A stretch of 64,000 nucleotides of DNA from a virus. Where the stretch lies: the IMG/VR virus record IMGVR_UViG_3300047388_000220, positions 4,975 to 68,974 of that record; one strand, given 5' to 3'. A program made the position numbers and the translations under genes. The notes under the pieces are model-generated. The model worked only from the letters and a program-made list of their open reading frames with translations. It ran no database searches and was not told the DNA's origin. Below, piece by piece: positions 8,958-18,333 of the stretch. Numbering within the stretch: position 1 is the first letter of the stretch; the number at the start of each line of letters is the position of its first letter.

Positions 8958-10663
8958 CTTTTAGCCGTCAAAAGCTCTCTCTGCCGGGCAAATACCATAC
9001 TCAGCCGCTCCGACTGGCCGAGCGAGTTCCATTCTTTGTTTTCCTTAGCCAACTGGCCCTCCGCCGCCTTCCAGGCCTCATCGCTGGTCATAGCGTGCGG
9101 GCGCACAGGGCCGCCCTGGGCGGGCTCACGGCTGGCCGCTGGGGGTTCGGCTACCCGTCCCGCCTCCGCCGCGCCCTTGACGTCTGCGCCGTACTTCCGG
9201 ACCAGTTTCGTCACCACGCGGTTGAGCAGGCTTTTCCCTGTCTCGTCCCGGGATTGCAGCATCTGGTCAAAGGCGGCCACGCGCGCCTGCAGATTCTCAG
9301 GCGTCGGGTTGGCGATGTACTGCAACTCGAGCTGGAACTGCTTGTTCGACTCGAACGGGTCGCCTTTCAGGTAGTTCTCGATCTCCGAGCCAACTGCATT
9401 CTTGAAAGCGCTGATCTGCGAACCCGGCAGCGGCGTATTCAACTGCCAGTCAGGGATGACGGCGCCAGCCTTGCGCAGTCCCTCGATGATCTTGTCTACC
9501 TGGTCAAAGGTGCGTTTGCCGGCGTCCGCAAAGAACTTCTGGTTGCCGTCGGTGCGAATCTGCTCCCGGCTCTGCTTCTTGGCTCCGGCAGCCTTGGTTG
9601 CGTTCTCAGACTCGATCCGCTTGGCTTCCTTGAGCCTATCCTCGACCTGGGCACGCACGTCGGGAGAGAGGCTGGAGAGGTCCGGATCCGCCGCCGTCTC
9701 GCTCCTGGGGTGCAGATCGTCCTTGATGATCGAGAGGGCCAGCTTCAGGTCGTTATCGCGCTCGCGCTCAGCCTCACTCGCGTATTTGTTCTCCTTGATG
9801 CGCGCCTCTACCTCGGCCAGCGTCCCATCGGCGTAGCGGTCAACGATGTGCTCGTTGAAGGCGTAGTAGTCGTCGGCAAAGACGGGCGCGCCGGTTGCGT
9901 CGACCGCCTGCTTGCCGGTTGCGGGGTCGATGACGGCAAACTCCTGCGAGAACGAATCAAAGGCCTTACTCATTGCCTCCGGAGTTTCGGCCATCTGCAC
10001 CTGAGTCCGGAGCGCTACCGTCCGGTTGGCCGTCTCGCGCGCGAACTTGGCGCCCTCGGCGTTCGGGAAGATGCCTTTGAACTGGCTCAATTCCGCATGC
10101 TCGCGCGCCATCTTGAATAGCGCGCCCTTGGCCGCCGGGTTGGCCTCGATCGCCGCCTTGAGCGCCGCATCGCCCTTGAGCAGATCATTCAGGGCCTGGG
10201 GTGTGAGCGCGGCTGCAGGTTCATCAAGAGAGTAATCTTCGCTACCAGCCACTTCCGCCTCGGCGGGCTTGGCTTCGACTTCGGCAGCTTCGCCTTCGGC
10301 GGGCTTGGCAGGTTCTTCTGCTGGCTTGGCTTCGGCTTCCGCGGGCTTTTCCATTGGCCAGGGCGATTCGTCGGTGATCTCGACATTGGGGTTCTCCGCC
10401 TTGAATGCTTCGAGCTCTTGCCGCCAGGTCACTTCCGCCTGGTAGGATTCGACCGCATCGCGAAACCTGCCTGGATCGAGCTTGGCTGGAGGTTGCGGGC
10501 CCTGCGGGGTAGAGGGCGGGGCGCCTGCCGCTGGTTGTGCCGCTGGGGACGGCGCAGCAGGCGCTGCTGGTGCTGGGGTTGGTATTGCGGCTGGTGCTTG
10601 CGGGGCTGGTGCCGCCGGCGCTGCTGCTGCCGGTGCGACGGGTACTACTGGCGTACTGCTCAT
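8954..10663 (-). CDS. Capsid scaffolding protein (inferred)
   Basis: 569 aa; Pro/Ala-rich disordered N-terminus, acidic and helical; lies between portal and capsid. Confidence 0.6.
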   Translation of the reverse strand: MSSTPVVPVAPAAAAPAAPAPQAPAAIPTPAPAAPAAPSPAAQPAAGAPPSTPQGPQPPAKLDPGRFRDAVESYQAEVTWRQELEAFKAENPNVEITDESPWPMEKPAEAEAKPAEEPAKPAEGEAAEVEAKPAEAEVAGSEDYSLDEPAAALTPQALNDLLKGDAALKAAIEANPAAKGALFKMAREHAELSQFKGIFPNAEGAKFARETANRTVALRTQVQMAETPEAMSKAFDSFSQEFAVIDPATGKQAVDATGAPVFADDYYAFNEHIVDRYADGTLAEVEARIKENKYASEAERERDNDLKLALSIIKDDLHPRSETAADPDLSSLSPDVRAQVEDRLKEAKRIESENATKAAGAKKQSREQIRTDGNQKFFADAGKRTFDQVDKIIEGLRKAGAVIPDWQLNTPLPGSQISAFKNAVGSEIENYLKGDPFESNKQFQLELQYIANPTPENLQARVAAFDQMLQSRDETGKSLLNRVVTKLVRKYGADVKGAAEAGRVAEPPAASREPAQGGPVRPHAMTSDEAWKAAEGQLAKENKEWNSLGQSERLSMVFARQRELLTAKR

Positions 10664-10680
10664 TTAGTTTCCTCTTTGAA

Positions 10681-10742
10681 TTGCGCGGGGCCGGGAGCGC
10701 TCAGCCTTGCGGCCCGGTTGCCCAGTAATGCACCCCGCGCAA
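10681..10742. promoter_or_regulatory. GC-rich stem-loop between the glycosyltransferase and scaffold genes
   Basis: TTGCGCGGGG (10681-10690) pairs with CCCCGCGCAA (10733-10742); inner CCGGG/CCCGG stem. Confidence 0.5.
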
Positions 10743-10749
10743 ACTTTTG

Positions 10750-11859
10750 TTATACCTCCGGCGGCAGCAATGGCCCAACGCTCTCCTGGGCTCTGATGCG
10801 CAGGAACTTGACCCATGACCTGAACCCTGCGTGGTCATGCTTCAAAAGATACTTCGCGCCCTCTTGAGCCGCGCAAGGGTCATGTAAGAGCGAAATGCCG
10901 CGGTTAGCCACATCAGACGCAGAGTCGCTAAGAGCAATCCATTGCGGCGGAGCCCAGGTGATCGCGTCGGATACAACCGTCGCAACTCCCATAGCTACCC
11001 CATCCGCCGTAACCATGTTGAATCCTTCCGAATAAGACACTTGCAGCAATAAGTCTTGCGCTCCCACTGTCCTCAAAAACTCTGGCCACGACTGCCAGTT
11101 ATTGACGACAAGGTGAGCTCGCGGTACGCCTGAGTACATCTCTCGAATTGCGGCCAGGATCGTTCCCGTGCCGCCCTCTTCGCGCCCCCCTGACACGGAG
11201 AATTCGAGATCATCTACGCGCAGACGTACCGCGATTTCAAGCGCGGCCGCGGCAGCCGTAAGCACGTTCTTGTATGGCCGGATAGCCCCGAAACACCCGA
11301 TACGCAGAACGCCAGCACTCCCGCTCCACATCTTGTGGGGAATCTTGCACGGATCGATAGGGTAGAGGTTTGGAAGCCAGTACATGATTGTCTGATACGT
11401 CCGTTCCCACCACTCAACGAACCGCGCGCTGATTCCAGCAACGTGGAAATTAGAAAACTGCTGCTCCAATTGAGAATCCTCGCGGAGCAGTCTGAGCGCA
11501 TTTGGATCGGCCTGAAGAAATCCAATGTTAGAGTGAGAATTCACCGCAAACTCGATGTCGAAGTTGACCGCGATGAGCTTCTGAATATCTAGAGTCGGGA
11601 TCCACGGCGCCGAGATCACCACATGACTGATCGGCACATGACGGTGGACCGCCTGAGTCTCCCGGTCGTTATCGAGCTTGGCTTGAAGGTCGCCCGCGCC
11701 GAGGATAGGCCAAACCTCGACAAGGTAACCGCGCTCCCTCAGATACCGGGCAGTCTGCATCGCGCTCACGCCGAGCCCGATATGAGACAGCCCCTTGTTC
11801 GCGCCGAAATTCTTGTATGCCAGGATCAGGCGCGCCCGCTGTTTCTCTACGATGATCAT
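10750..11859 (-). CDS. Glycosyltransferase, GT-B fold (GT4-like)
   Basis: RIGCFGAIRPYKN and DLLLQVSYSEGFNMVTADGVAMGVATVVSD (EX7E-like, here E-X7-D) motifs; AAGGAG RBS. Confidence 0.8.
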   Translation of the reverse strand: MIIVEKQRARLILAYKNFGANKGLSHIGLGVSAMQTARYLRERGYLVEVWPILGAGDLQAKLDNDRETQAVHRHVPISHVVISAPWIPTLDIQKLIAVNFDIEFAVNSHSNIGFLQADPNALRLLREDSQLEQQFSNFHVAGISARFVEWWERTYQTIMYWLPNLYPIDPCKIPHKMWSGSAGVLRIGCFGAIRPYKNVLTAAAAALEIAVRLRVDDLEFSVSGGREEGGTGTILAAIREMYSGVPRAHLVVNNWQSWPEFLRTVGAQDLLLQVSYSEGFNMVTADGVAMGVATVVSDAITWAPPQWIALSDSASDVANRGISLLHDPCAAQEGAKYLLKHDHAGFRSWVKFLRIRAQESVGPLLPPEV

Positions 11860-11938
11860 AGACCTACTCCTTTGCGCAACGAGCGCGTTGTTTCAGCTCC
11901 CGTGTGTGGGAGCGTGGATTTTACAGTAGGATGAATGA

Positions 11939-12007
11939 GGGGCGAGTCACCTGACCCACTTCAGGTTCATTGGGATGCGGCCCGACCCCGCATTTCAAGC
12001 TCGCCCT
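11939..12007. ncRNA. Candidate small RNA forming a three-way junction
   Basis: Closing stem GGGCGAG/CTCGCCC; inner stems ACCTGA/TCAGGT and ATGCGG/CCGCAT; TAGGAT -10-like box at 11927-11932. Confidence 0.4.
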
Positions 12008-12043
12008 TTATCTTATTCCAATTCTGCAACGTCAGAACAAACT

Positions 12044-12193
12044 TTATTTCTCTTTCTGTTTGGCAATTTCAGCCTTCAGGTAATCGTTCCCCTTCCGGAG
12101 TTCTGCGACTTTAGCTTCAAGTTTCGCGATTTCGGCTTTCTGCTCATCGATTTTAGCGAGGAGCGTAGGCCTCTCAATGAAGGCGCTGGGCAT
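12044..12193 (-). CDS. Small coiled-coil protein (49 aa, MPSAFIERPTLLAKIDEQKAEIAKLEAKVAEL...)
   Basis: Manual translation; AAGGAGG RBS; heptad pattern. Confidence 0.65.
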   Translation of the reverse strand: MPSAFIERPTLLAKIDEQKAEIAKLEAKVAELRKGNDYLKAEIAKQKEK

Positions 12194-12211
12194 GTGGGTT
12201 TCCTCCTTGGG

Positions 12212-12853
12212 TTATTGGGGTGCTAATCTTCTGAGGTTTACGGCGGGCATCCGGCCCTTGAGCGTAGCCGACCGTTTCGCGTTGCTCTCTGGGGAGTTTC
12301 TGCATCCCAGGCGCGCTTGGCGGAGGCGCTCAATCGCTTCAGGCGTGGCAGGAATGCCTTTGTTCCATGGGATGTTGCCTTTCTTCCAAGGCGTCTCGAC
12401 GTGGACCCCGCGCCGCCTGTCCGCCGAATTTCGAATCGCACTCTCTGGCAACCGTCTACCTTGGGCCTTCGCAATTTCAGATTGCCTCCGCCGCGTCTCC
12501 GCTGAGACCACATGGCCCATCATCGACTGCCTGCGTTTTTCGATGGTCTCTGGAGCTTGTTTGGAGTTGCAACCGCCAGGCTTGATGTTGTAGCCGACAG
12601 ATCTACATCTGCTGTTTGTGATTGCAATCCAGAGCGCCTCTAATCTGTTCAGATTGTCGATACTCTCATCCCGCGCAAGAATCTCCATCACGAAATTCTG
12701 TTTGCCGTACTTTTTGATCGCTCGCGAAAGCAGAGGGCATCCAGTAGACGTTTCACAAAAATGGCACCACATGCGCTCTCGTGGATCTTGAATCGTTTGC
12801 CCAACGTAGTACTTACCGTTGACCAAATTAGTCAGAAGATAGATCGTTCCCAT
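12212..12853 (-). CDS. GIY-YIG homing endonuclease with NUMOD3-like repeats
   Basis: GTIYLLTNLVNGKYYVGQT, conserved R, E and GYN residues; PWNKG and SAETRRRQS repeats. Confidence 0.9.
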   Translation of the reverse strand: MGTIYLLTNLVNGKYYVGQTIQDPRERMWCHFCETSTGCPLLSRAIKKYGKQNFVMEILARDESIDNLNRLEALWIAITNSRCRSVGYNIKPGGCNSKQAPETIEKRRQSMMGHVVSAETRRRQSEIAKAQGRRLPESAIRNSADRRRGVHVETPWKKGNIPWNKGIPATPEAIERLRQARLGCRNSPESNAKRSATLKGRMPAVNLRRLAPQ

Positions 12854-12856
12854 GAC

Positions 12857-15427
12857 TTATTGTCCCATCAACTTCATGGTTTTATCGACAATTTCTTTGT
12901 TAGCTTGTACCTGGGCCTGAATACTGGCGCTTGGGCCGAGCGGTGCCATGCTCCCTTGCTCCACAAGCCTCTTGATGGCTCCAATGCTATCCTGAAGCGC
13001 CATCGCTTCGATCTGTTGAACCTGCGGACTCGGCGGGTCGGGCTTAGGCACGCCCTGCTGTTGGCTTTCCATTTTCAACTTAGCCATCGTTCCAGAAACT
13101 TGCGACTGGTAGTCGAGCGCGAGTCTCTTGTACGCGATCACATTCGCCCAGCCGAGCGGATTGTCATCTTTCACGTCCGAATTCTCCCGGCAGAATTCGT
13201 CCACGGTCGGGAGGAGGATAGTGTAATCCTCGACCCACTTATCGGGCGCCAGTGACGGCGAGAACATCGGACTCCCGTCGTCCGGATCGGTCATTTGCTG
13301 GCCATTCGGCCCAATCTTCGGAGTTGGCGGGGCCTGAAGCAGCTTTCGAATGTCTTGAAGCGTCTTCGATCGCTGCGCGGCACCGGGGGCAACCGATCCC
13401 GGCAGGCCCCAATAGTCATTCAGCAACTGCTGGTTGGCGGTTTCGTCGAGCCAGGCGATCGCGGCCGGATTCTGCTTCTCGGCCATCTCCATGATGGTTT
13501 CGCACCACTGGCGCTTTTGCTCAGGCGACATCGGCAGGCCTTCATCCGTGTTCGCCTTGACCCGGACCCTGCCTTGCATCTCGTCCAGATGCACGTAGTT
13601 GTTTCGAAACTCGCTTCCGTTCTCCTCGATAACCTGCCAAAGAGAGCCGGTGTAAGAGATGTTCTGCTGGAGGCATTCGATAGCGTTCTGGCCGGCTGAA
13701 GCGTGCTCATCCTTGATGGCCTCGTAGATGTCTCCGAGCGGGCCCATGGCCTGGTCAAGCATCTGCTTCTGACCCTTGCCCGTCTCGACGCCCGGGGTTG
13801 TGCCGGTGCCAGAGACCTGCGGCGGGATACCGGAGATGATCTGGCAGTAGTTCCAGAGCCGGTCGAGGTAATTCATCAACCCGGGGTCCATCTGGAACGA
13901 GAAGTGAAAAACGGCGTTCGCCAGGGGCTGCGTCACGCCCTCGCCAATCGACGGCGTGGGGTTGAGTACGCCTCCGGTGAGCGGCTTGCCGTTGAGCTGG
14001 CGCGTATCGAGGCGCCGCGGGTCAACCATGGTGATGCCGGTCGAGCACCGCTCCATGTAGTCGTCGAGGATGTTGTTGATTGCGTTGAACCGCTCGTTGA
14101 ACGGGACCACGTTGTCGGCCACACTCGGCGGATAGAGACCATAGCCGCGATGCAGTTTGCAGCAGGACCATTCTTTGATCAGGACCGCCTTGTCGACCGA
14201 GAGCACCAGCGGCCCCCACATCGAGAGCTTCATCCCATAGGGGTAAAGCGTCTGCAACTGCTTCACAAAAGCGTCATCGTTCTGGATCCGGTAGTAAGAA
14301 TTGGGCTGAATCCAGTGAATCGAGAATGTTCCGCGAGCGGTGAAGATGTCGGCCGTTACCGAGAAGGACGACGAATAGAGCATCGTCCGGACCAGCCTGT
14401 CATAGCTCGCGTTGGTGTCGGTCGCGCTCTCGACGCCCTCGGCAATCTCTGGGGCCATGTCGGGGAACGTCGCGCGAATGTCTGAGGCGTCGGCCTCCCA
14501 CTCGAGCGTGAGCAGTGGAACGTCCTCGAGAAACTCTTTGGTCGGGTCCGTGTCGACGTTGAGCGGAGAATAGACGGACCACTTAGGCAGCCCGTTCGGC
14601 TTCTTTCGCGTTCCGGTCTGGCCGATAACCGAGGATGCCTCGCCCTCCTGGAAGTCCTGCAGACCGAGCGGGGCGCCGCAACTTGGGCAGGACATCTTGC
14701 CCGATTGCGCTACCTGGTCCTCGGTCGAATCGGTCCCGCAGTTGAGGCAATGGAAGTGATCGGGAAGCGGTACGCTGACATCTCCGAAGACCGGCTCCTC
14801 CTTGTAGCCGACCCATGCGCCATCGACGACGAAGCGTGTCCACTTGAAATAGACGCCGTAGAGGAAGAGGTATTGCGACTCAAGCCCGAGCAAGCCCTTT
14901 GTCTTGTTCGCCTCTTCGATGATCGAGATGGCCTGCTGCGCGGCCTTGGCTGTGGTCATGTCGGCCAGGTTCTCAGCGTTCTCGGGGCGAATCACGACGG
15001 GGGGAACAGCGCGCGCGACCGCCGCGGCGAAGTTCCGCCGGCAGGTCTGGGTGATGTTGTTGACGTACTTCTCGAGGTAACTGTAATCCGATTCCTGATT
15101 GTTTTGGCGATACCACGCAACGGCATCGAAGTAGGTTCTTGTGATCGGATCCCAGCCAAGAATCTGCTTGCCCTTGTCGTATTCGGTTGATTTGAGCCAG
15201 TTAGGCATCTTCATGATGCGATCGGTAGCCCACTGGGTACGGAATGGCTGGATGATCTCAAAAACGATGCGCTGCTCTTGCTCGGAGGTCAGGCCCGACT
15301 TTCTTTCCTGCTCCTGTTTGTCGCCGCGAAGGGGATTTTGCGCATTGTGCTCAGCGATTTTGGGCGGAGCATCCGGTTGCTGTGGCATCTGCCCGGGTTG
15401 GGGAACCGCAGCCGGATTAGTTGCCAT
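12857..15427 (-). CDS. Portal protein
   Basis: 856 aa; NNITQTCRRNFAAAV, QIISGIPPQVSG...ETGKG...LDQAM pattern of P22-like portals; position upstream of scaffold and capsid. Confidence 0.8.
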   Translation of the reverse strand: MATNPAAVPQPGQMPQQPDAPPKIAEHNAQNPLRGDKQEQERKSGLTSEQEQRIVFEIIQPFRTQWATDRIMKMPNWLKSTEYDKGKQILGWDPITRTYFDAVAWYRQNNQESDYSYLEKYVNNITQTCRRNFAAAVARAVPPVVIRPENAENLADMTTAKAAQQAISIIEEANKTKGLLGLESQYLFLYGVYFKWTRFVVDGAWVGYKEEPVFGDVSVPLPDHFHCLNCGTDSTEDQVAQSGKMSCPSCGAPLGLQDFQEGEASSVIGQTGTRKKPNGLPKWSVYSPLNVDTDPTKEFLEDVPLLTLEWEADASDIRATFPDMAPEIAEGVESATDTNASYDRLVRTMLYSSSFSVTADIFTARGTFSIHWIQPNSYYRIQNDDAFVKQLQTLYPYGMKLSMWGPLVLSVDKAVLIKEWSCCKLHRGYGLYPPSVADNVVPFNERFNAINNILDDYMERCSTGITMVDPRRLDTRQLNGKPLTGGVLNPTPSIGEGVTQPLANAVFHFSFQMDPGLMNYLDRLWNYCQIISGIPPQVSGTGTTPGVETGKGQKQMLDQAMGPLGDIYEAIKDEHASAGQNAIECLQQNISYTGSLWQVIEENGSEFRNNYVHLDEMQGRVRVKANTDEGLPMSPEQKRQWCETIMEMAEKQNPAAIAWLDETANQQLLNDYWGLPGSVAPGAAQRSKTLQDIRKLLQAPPTPKIGPNGQQMTDPDDGSPMFSPSLAPDKWVEDYTILLPTVDEFCRENSDVKDDNPLGWANVIAYKRLALDYQSQVSGTMAKLKMESQQQGVPKPDPPSPQVQQIEAMALQDSIGAIKRLVEQGSMAPLGPSASIQAQVQANKEIVDKTMKLMGQ

Positions 15428-15740
15428 TCACTTCCCGCTTGATCCTTGTCATTCTCTCCCTGGCTTCCGCAAGGTCCTCGGTAATGCTTCGCGCGCCCGG
15501 GGTTCTGGCGCGTTCAAAAGCTGCCTTGTTAGCTTCGCCCATGACGACCGCCAGCGTCGGCTTGCCTGGAATCGGCTGGACTTTCGAAAAGTCTGTATTC
15601 TCAGTCAGTGCCAGTGGAACCGGCGCCTCGCGCAACTGCGGAATCAGGATCTCGCGCAGTTCCTTGTTCTCGGCCTGGAGGCGCGCGATCGCCTCCTTGG
15701 CGTCCTCAAATCTCTCGCGGCTGACCCAGGGCCATTTCAT
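15417..15740 (-). CDS. Hypothetical protein (107 aa)
   Basis: Overlaps both neighbours; coiled-coil N-terminus. Confidence 0.65.
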   Translation of the reverse strand: MKWPWVSRERFEDAKEAIARLQAENKELREILIPQLREAPVPLALTENTDFSKVQPIPGKPTLAVVMGEANKAAFERARTPGARSITEDLAEARERMTRIKREVNGN

Positions 15741-15928
15741 GCGAGCCGTCCTGGATGCGCTACGCGAATGTGCTGATTAAAGAAGCCTCCGAGGCTGCTG
15801 GCTTTCTGCATCGCCTCAAACTTCTCTTTCGAGACGCCCGAGTGCACGTAATGCTTGCCCGTCTTCGTGTAGACATGAAGCGCCTTGCCGTCGTGCTCGA
15901 TTCTCGCGATCCAACTGGATTCAGACAT
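15737..15928 (-). CDS. KTSC domain protein
   Basis: SSWIARIEHD...LHVYTKTGKHYVHSGVS...ASSLGGFFNQHIR matches the KTSC pattern. Confidence 0.8.
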   Translation of the reverse strand: MSESSWIARIEHDGKALHVYTKTGKHYVHSGVSKEKFEAMQKASSLGGFFNQHIRVAHPGRLA

Positions 15929-16357
15929 TTAGTTGTACTCCGTGACCACGAGGCTGGTTGCTGTAGCCGACGCCGACCGCACCTGAATCATCGTCGTGGC
16001 CGGCAGGGTGCCGACGATTCCAAGCAACGGCTGCCCGAGCTGGCCGATGATTACGCCATCCTTTCCATCGGTGCCGAGCGGACTGCCGAGCACAATCGGC
16101 AGATGTGCGTCTCCAATGATCCCCTCAAAACTGGCCACCGCGCGGAAGACGGTCGTAAAGCCGTTTGGCGTGTCGTCGTTGGGGAGTCTATAGTCAATCG
16201 CCCCCTGGGGAACGTTGGCCACCCCGGCCGCTGTGACCTGGCTCTCGTCGATCACAAGGCGACGCACCGAGCTCTTGGCCAGGATGTTGACCCACGCGCC
16301 CGCGGTTGCATTTATGTCCAGGATGTAGCGATTACCCTGAAAGCCTGGCTGGCTCAT
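15929..16357 (-). CDS. Hypothetical beta-rich structural protein (142 aa)
   Basis: GGAGG RBS; ATGA overlap with the upstream gene. Confidence 0.6.
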   Translation of the reverse strand: MSQPGFQGNRYILDINATAGAWVNILAKSSVRRLVIDESQVTAAGVANVPQGAIDYRLPNDDTPNGFTTVFRAVASFEGIIGDAHLPIVLGSPLGTDGKDGVIIGQLGQPLLGIVGTLPATTMIQVRSASATATSLVVTEYN

Positions 16358-16599
16358 TGGCTTATCCCTCCCTTGACGATCCGCTTGCCCGCCTTGTGCT
16401 GTTTCTTGGCCTTATGGAAAAAGGTACAGCACCCGTCCGGCGAGACGATCACACGTCCGTTTTCCGTCTTTTTTCGCTTACTCTCGACCATCATAGTTGC
16501 CTGTCCGCAAGATCCAGCGCGAAGGTACTCACACGTCCGGCACGTAAAGGGCCCGTCCTCCGAGTATCCGGTTTTCGCTTCGCCCTGAATGTCTGGCAT
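16354..16599 (-). CDS. Small Cys-rich protein with HiPIP-like spacing
   Basis: CRTC-x7-C-...-VSPDGCCTFF. Confidence 0.55.
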   Translation of the reverse strand: MPDIQGEAKTGYSEDGPFTCRTCEYLRAGSCGQATMMVESKRKKTENGRVIVSPDGCCTFFHKAKKQHKAGKRIVKGGISQ

Positions 16600-17136
16600 T
16601 TAGTTCTCGTGCATCGTCTGCGGGAACCCGCCGATGGTGAGTTGATCATTCCACGTCTTTTTGTACTGGTAGGATGCGGAATGCCAAAAGCTGCGCTGGA
16701 ACGTGGGCACCAACGTCTTAACTTTGGCCGTCGTCTCTGCAATGACGTGCACTTGGTAGAGCGCCGTCCTTTCCTCTGGCGATGCAGCGTCTGACTTGGC
16801 CACTCCCACCGTCGGACCCGGGGCTGGAGAATTGGCCGTCAATACTCCGATGACCGTCTCGATGCCAGCCAGGATGATGTTGACGAGGGTCTCCACGTTG
16901 GCCGGAATAGGCAGGGTGGCAAATACGGTCTGGAAGTCTCCGATTAGGGTGAGCACGTTTTGGGCTGGAGTGCCGCTCTTCCAGCCCTGGACGGCCACCA
17001 GCGCGGCGTCATAGGCGGCGATTGCCGCCTGGCCCTCCGGAGTGTCCAGAAGCTTGGCATAGGTCAGCAGTGACTTCAGGGTGGGTTCGATGGCTGCCAT
17101 CAGGCTAGCGGCCGTCTTTGTCGCATTTACACACAT
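16600..17136 (-). CDS. Hypothetical helical/amphipathic protein (178 aa)
   Basis: AAGGAG RBS; abuts the next gene. Confidence 0.65.
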   Translation of the reverse strand: MCVNATKTAASLMAAIEPTLKSLLTYAKLLDTPEGQAAIAAYDAALVAVQGWKSGTPAQNVLTLIGDFQTVFATLPIPANVETLVNIILAGIETVIGVLTANSPAPGPTVGVAKSDAASPEERTALYQVHVIAETTAKVKTLVPTFQRSFWHSASYQYKKTWNDQLTIGGFPQTMHEN

Positions 17137-17164
17137 TGTGATTACTCCTTTTCTATTGAGGTGA

Positions 17165-17905
17165 CTAGAAAACGTTGGGGTCGAGCATTGGAATGGGTGC
17201 CTCGCTGATCTGAATCTGCACCCGGTAGTAGTAGACGGAGGCCGCGAATGGAGCGAGAGCGCCTTCCCATTGGAGTTGAGGATGAAGGCCGGCGGTCCAT
17301 GTGGTAGCGATCAGGGGCAGGTTCTGAAAGTTGGGCCCTGGTACGAAGGCTGTCTCGGCATTGCATTGCAACCCAGTGACGCTCCATTTGGTGTCTGCCC
17401 ACGCGCGAATCTGGAAGACGTTTATTTTTCCTTCCTGTGCGGTCTTTGGAACGTAACCGGAATTAACCCATCCCTTCCCGTCCGGATCCAGTTGCCATGC
17501 TCCAGTGTCGGGGCGTTGCTGAGTAGATACGTTGGCCTGATTGCCGATTGTCGGCTTACCATTGGCGTCGAGCGATCCTAGCGGCGGTGCGAAGAGAGTC
17601 TCCTTCAAGTCAAGCTCGTTGCGCTGTACAGGCTGCTTGGGCGCGGCGGGGATGAATTGCTTGACATTGAAGGCGCTGTAGGCGAACTTGCGCGTTGGGT
17701 TTGCATACTGGCTTGCGGGGATGTCCACCGAGAGCAGTCCGCCTGCCATCTCCTGAGAATAGCGGCCGGTGAAGACGAGGGCTCCGCTAGTCGGATCGTA
17801 AATGCCGGTCATGGAATCGAAGGGTCTCGGGTTAACACTCAAGTCAGAGCGCGGATGCCAGAGGTCTAATTCCAGATGATCGAAGGTGATGGTTTCGATA
17901 CTCAT
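17165..17905 (-). CDS. Hypothetical beta-sandwich protein (246 aa), possibly carbohydrate-binding
   Basis: GAGG RBS; aromatic-rich beta strands; loose motif similarity to the insert in the 1000-aa glycanase. Confidence 0.6.
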   Translation of the reverse strand: MSIETITFDHLELDLWHPRSDLSVNPRPFDSMTGIYDPTSGALVFTGRYSQEMAGGLLSVDIPASQYANPTRKFAYSAFNVKQFIPAAPKQPVQRNELDLKETLFAPPLGSLDANGKPTIGNQANVSTQQRPDTGAWQLDPDGKGWVNSGYVPKTAQEGKINVFQIRAWADTKWSVTGLQCNAETAFVPGPNFQNLPLIATTWTAGLHPQLQWEGALAPFAASVYYYRVQIQISEAPIPMLDPNVF

Positions 17906-17941
17906 GGCAGAACGCCTCTCGAATTCATTGATTATTTCCTT

Positions 17942-18193
17942 TCATGAAAGCTTATCCTTCTCTTCCTTCACTCCCGCGGCATGAGCGGCAGCTTTGGTGA
18001 GTTCAAGCAACTGATCCATGCGGCTGTTGATCTGGTGGTGAACATCATTCAGTTTGACGTTGGTATCGTCCGTCTTCTTGGTGTTTGTCCGAAGGTCTTC
18101 CTTGGCGGCCTTGAGGTCTAAATGATTTAGAATGCCGATCACCGCCGCGCTCAGTGCTGCGATAGTCGGCCCAATCCACGTTAGATCGGACAT
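17942..18193 (-). CDS. Holin-like single-TM membrane protein
   Basis: N-terminal TM helix (WIGPTIAALSAAVIGIL) followed by a charged coiled coil ...VHHQINSRMDQLL. Confidence 0.5.
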   Translation of the reverse strand: MSDLTWIGPTIAALSAAVIGILNHLDLKAAKEDLRTNTKKTDDTNVKLNDVHHQINSRMDQLLELTKAAAHAAGVKEEKDKLS

Positions 18194-18312
18194 CAGATTC
18201 GTCCTCCCTTTCGGATATATTCCTGCAGCATCTTTTCCTGTTCGGGCGTTAATGGTTTAGGCTCGACATTCTTCCGCGCCGGCTTCTTCGACTTAGGCTT
18301 CTTCTTCCCCAT
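18193..18312 (-). CDS. Small basic protein (39 aa, MGKKKPKSKKPARKNVEPKPLTPEQEKMLQEYIRKGGRI)
   Basis: Manual translation; fills the gap; stop overlaps the next ATG. Confidence 0.5.
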   Translation of the reverse strand: MGKKKPKSKKPARKNVEPKPLTPEQEKMLQEYIRKGGRI

Positions 18313-18333
18313 GATCAGCGCAAGTTCCTTTTT

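Noticed and set aside
8942-10120. 392-aa plus-strand ORF
   Set aside because: Antisense shadow of the scaffold gene; no motifs or RBS
16600-18312. Complete lysis cassette
   Set aside because: Only a holin-like gene is supportable; no endolysin or spanin motif was recognised in the window
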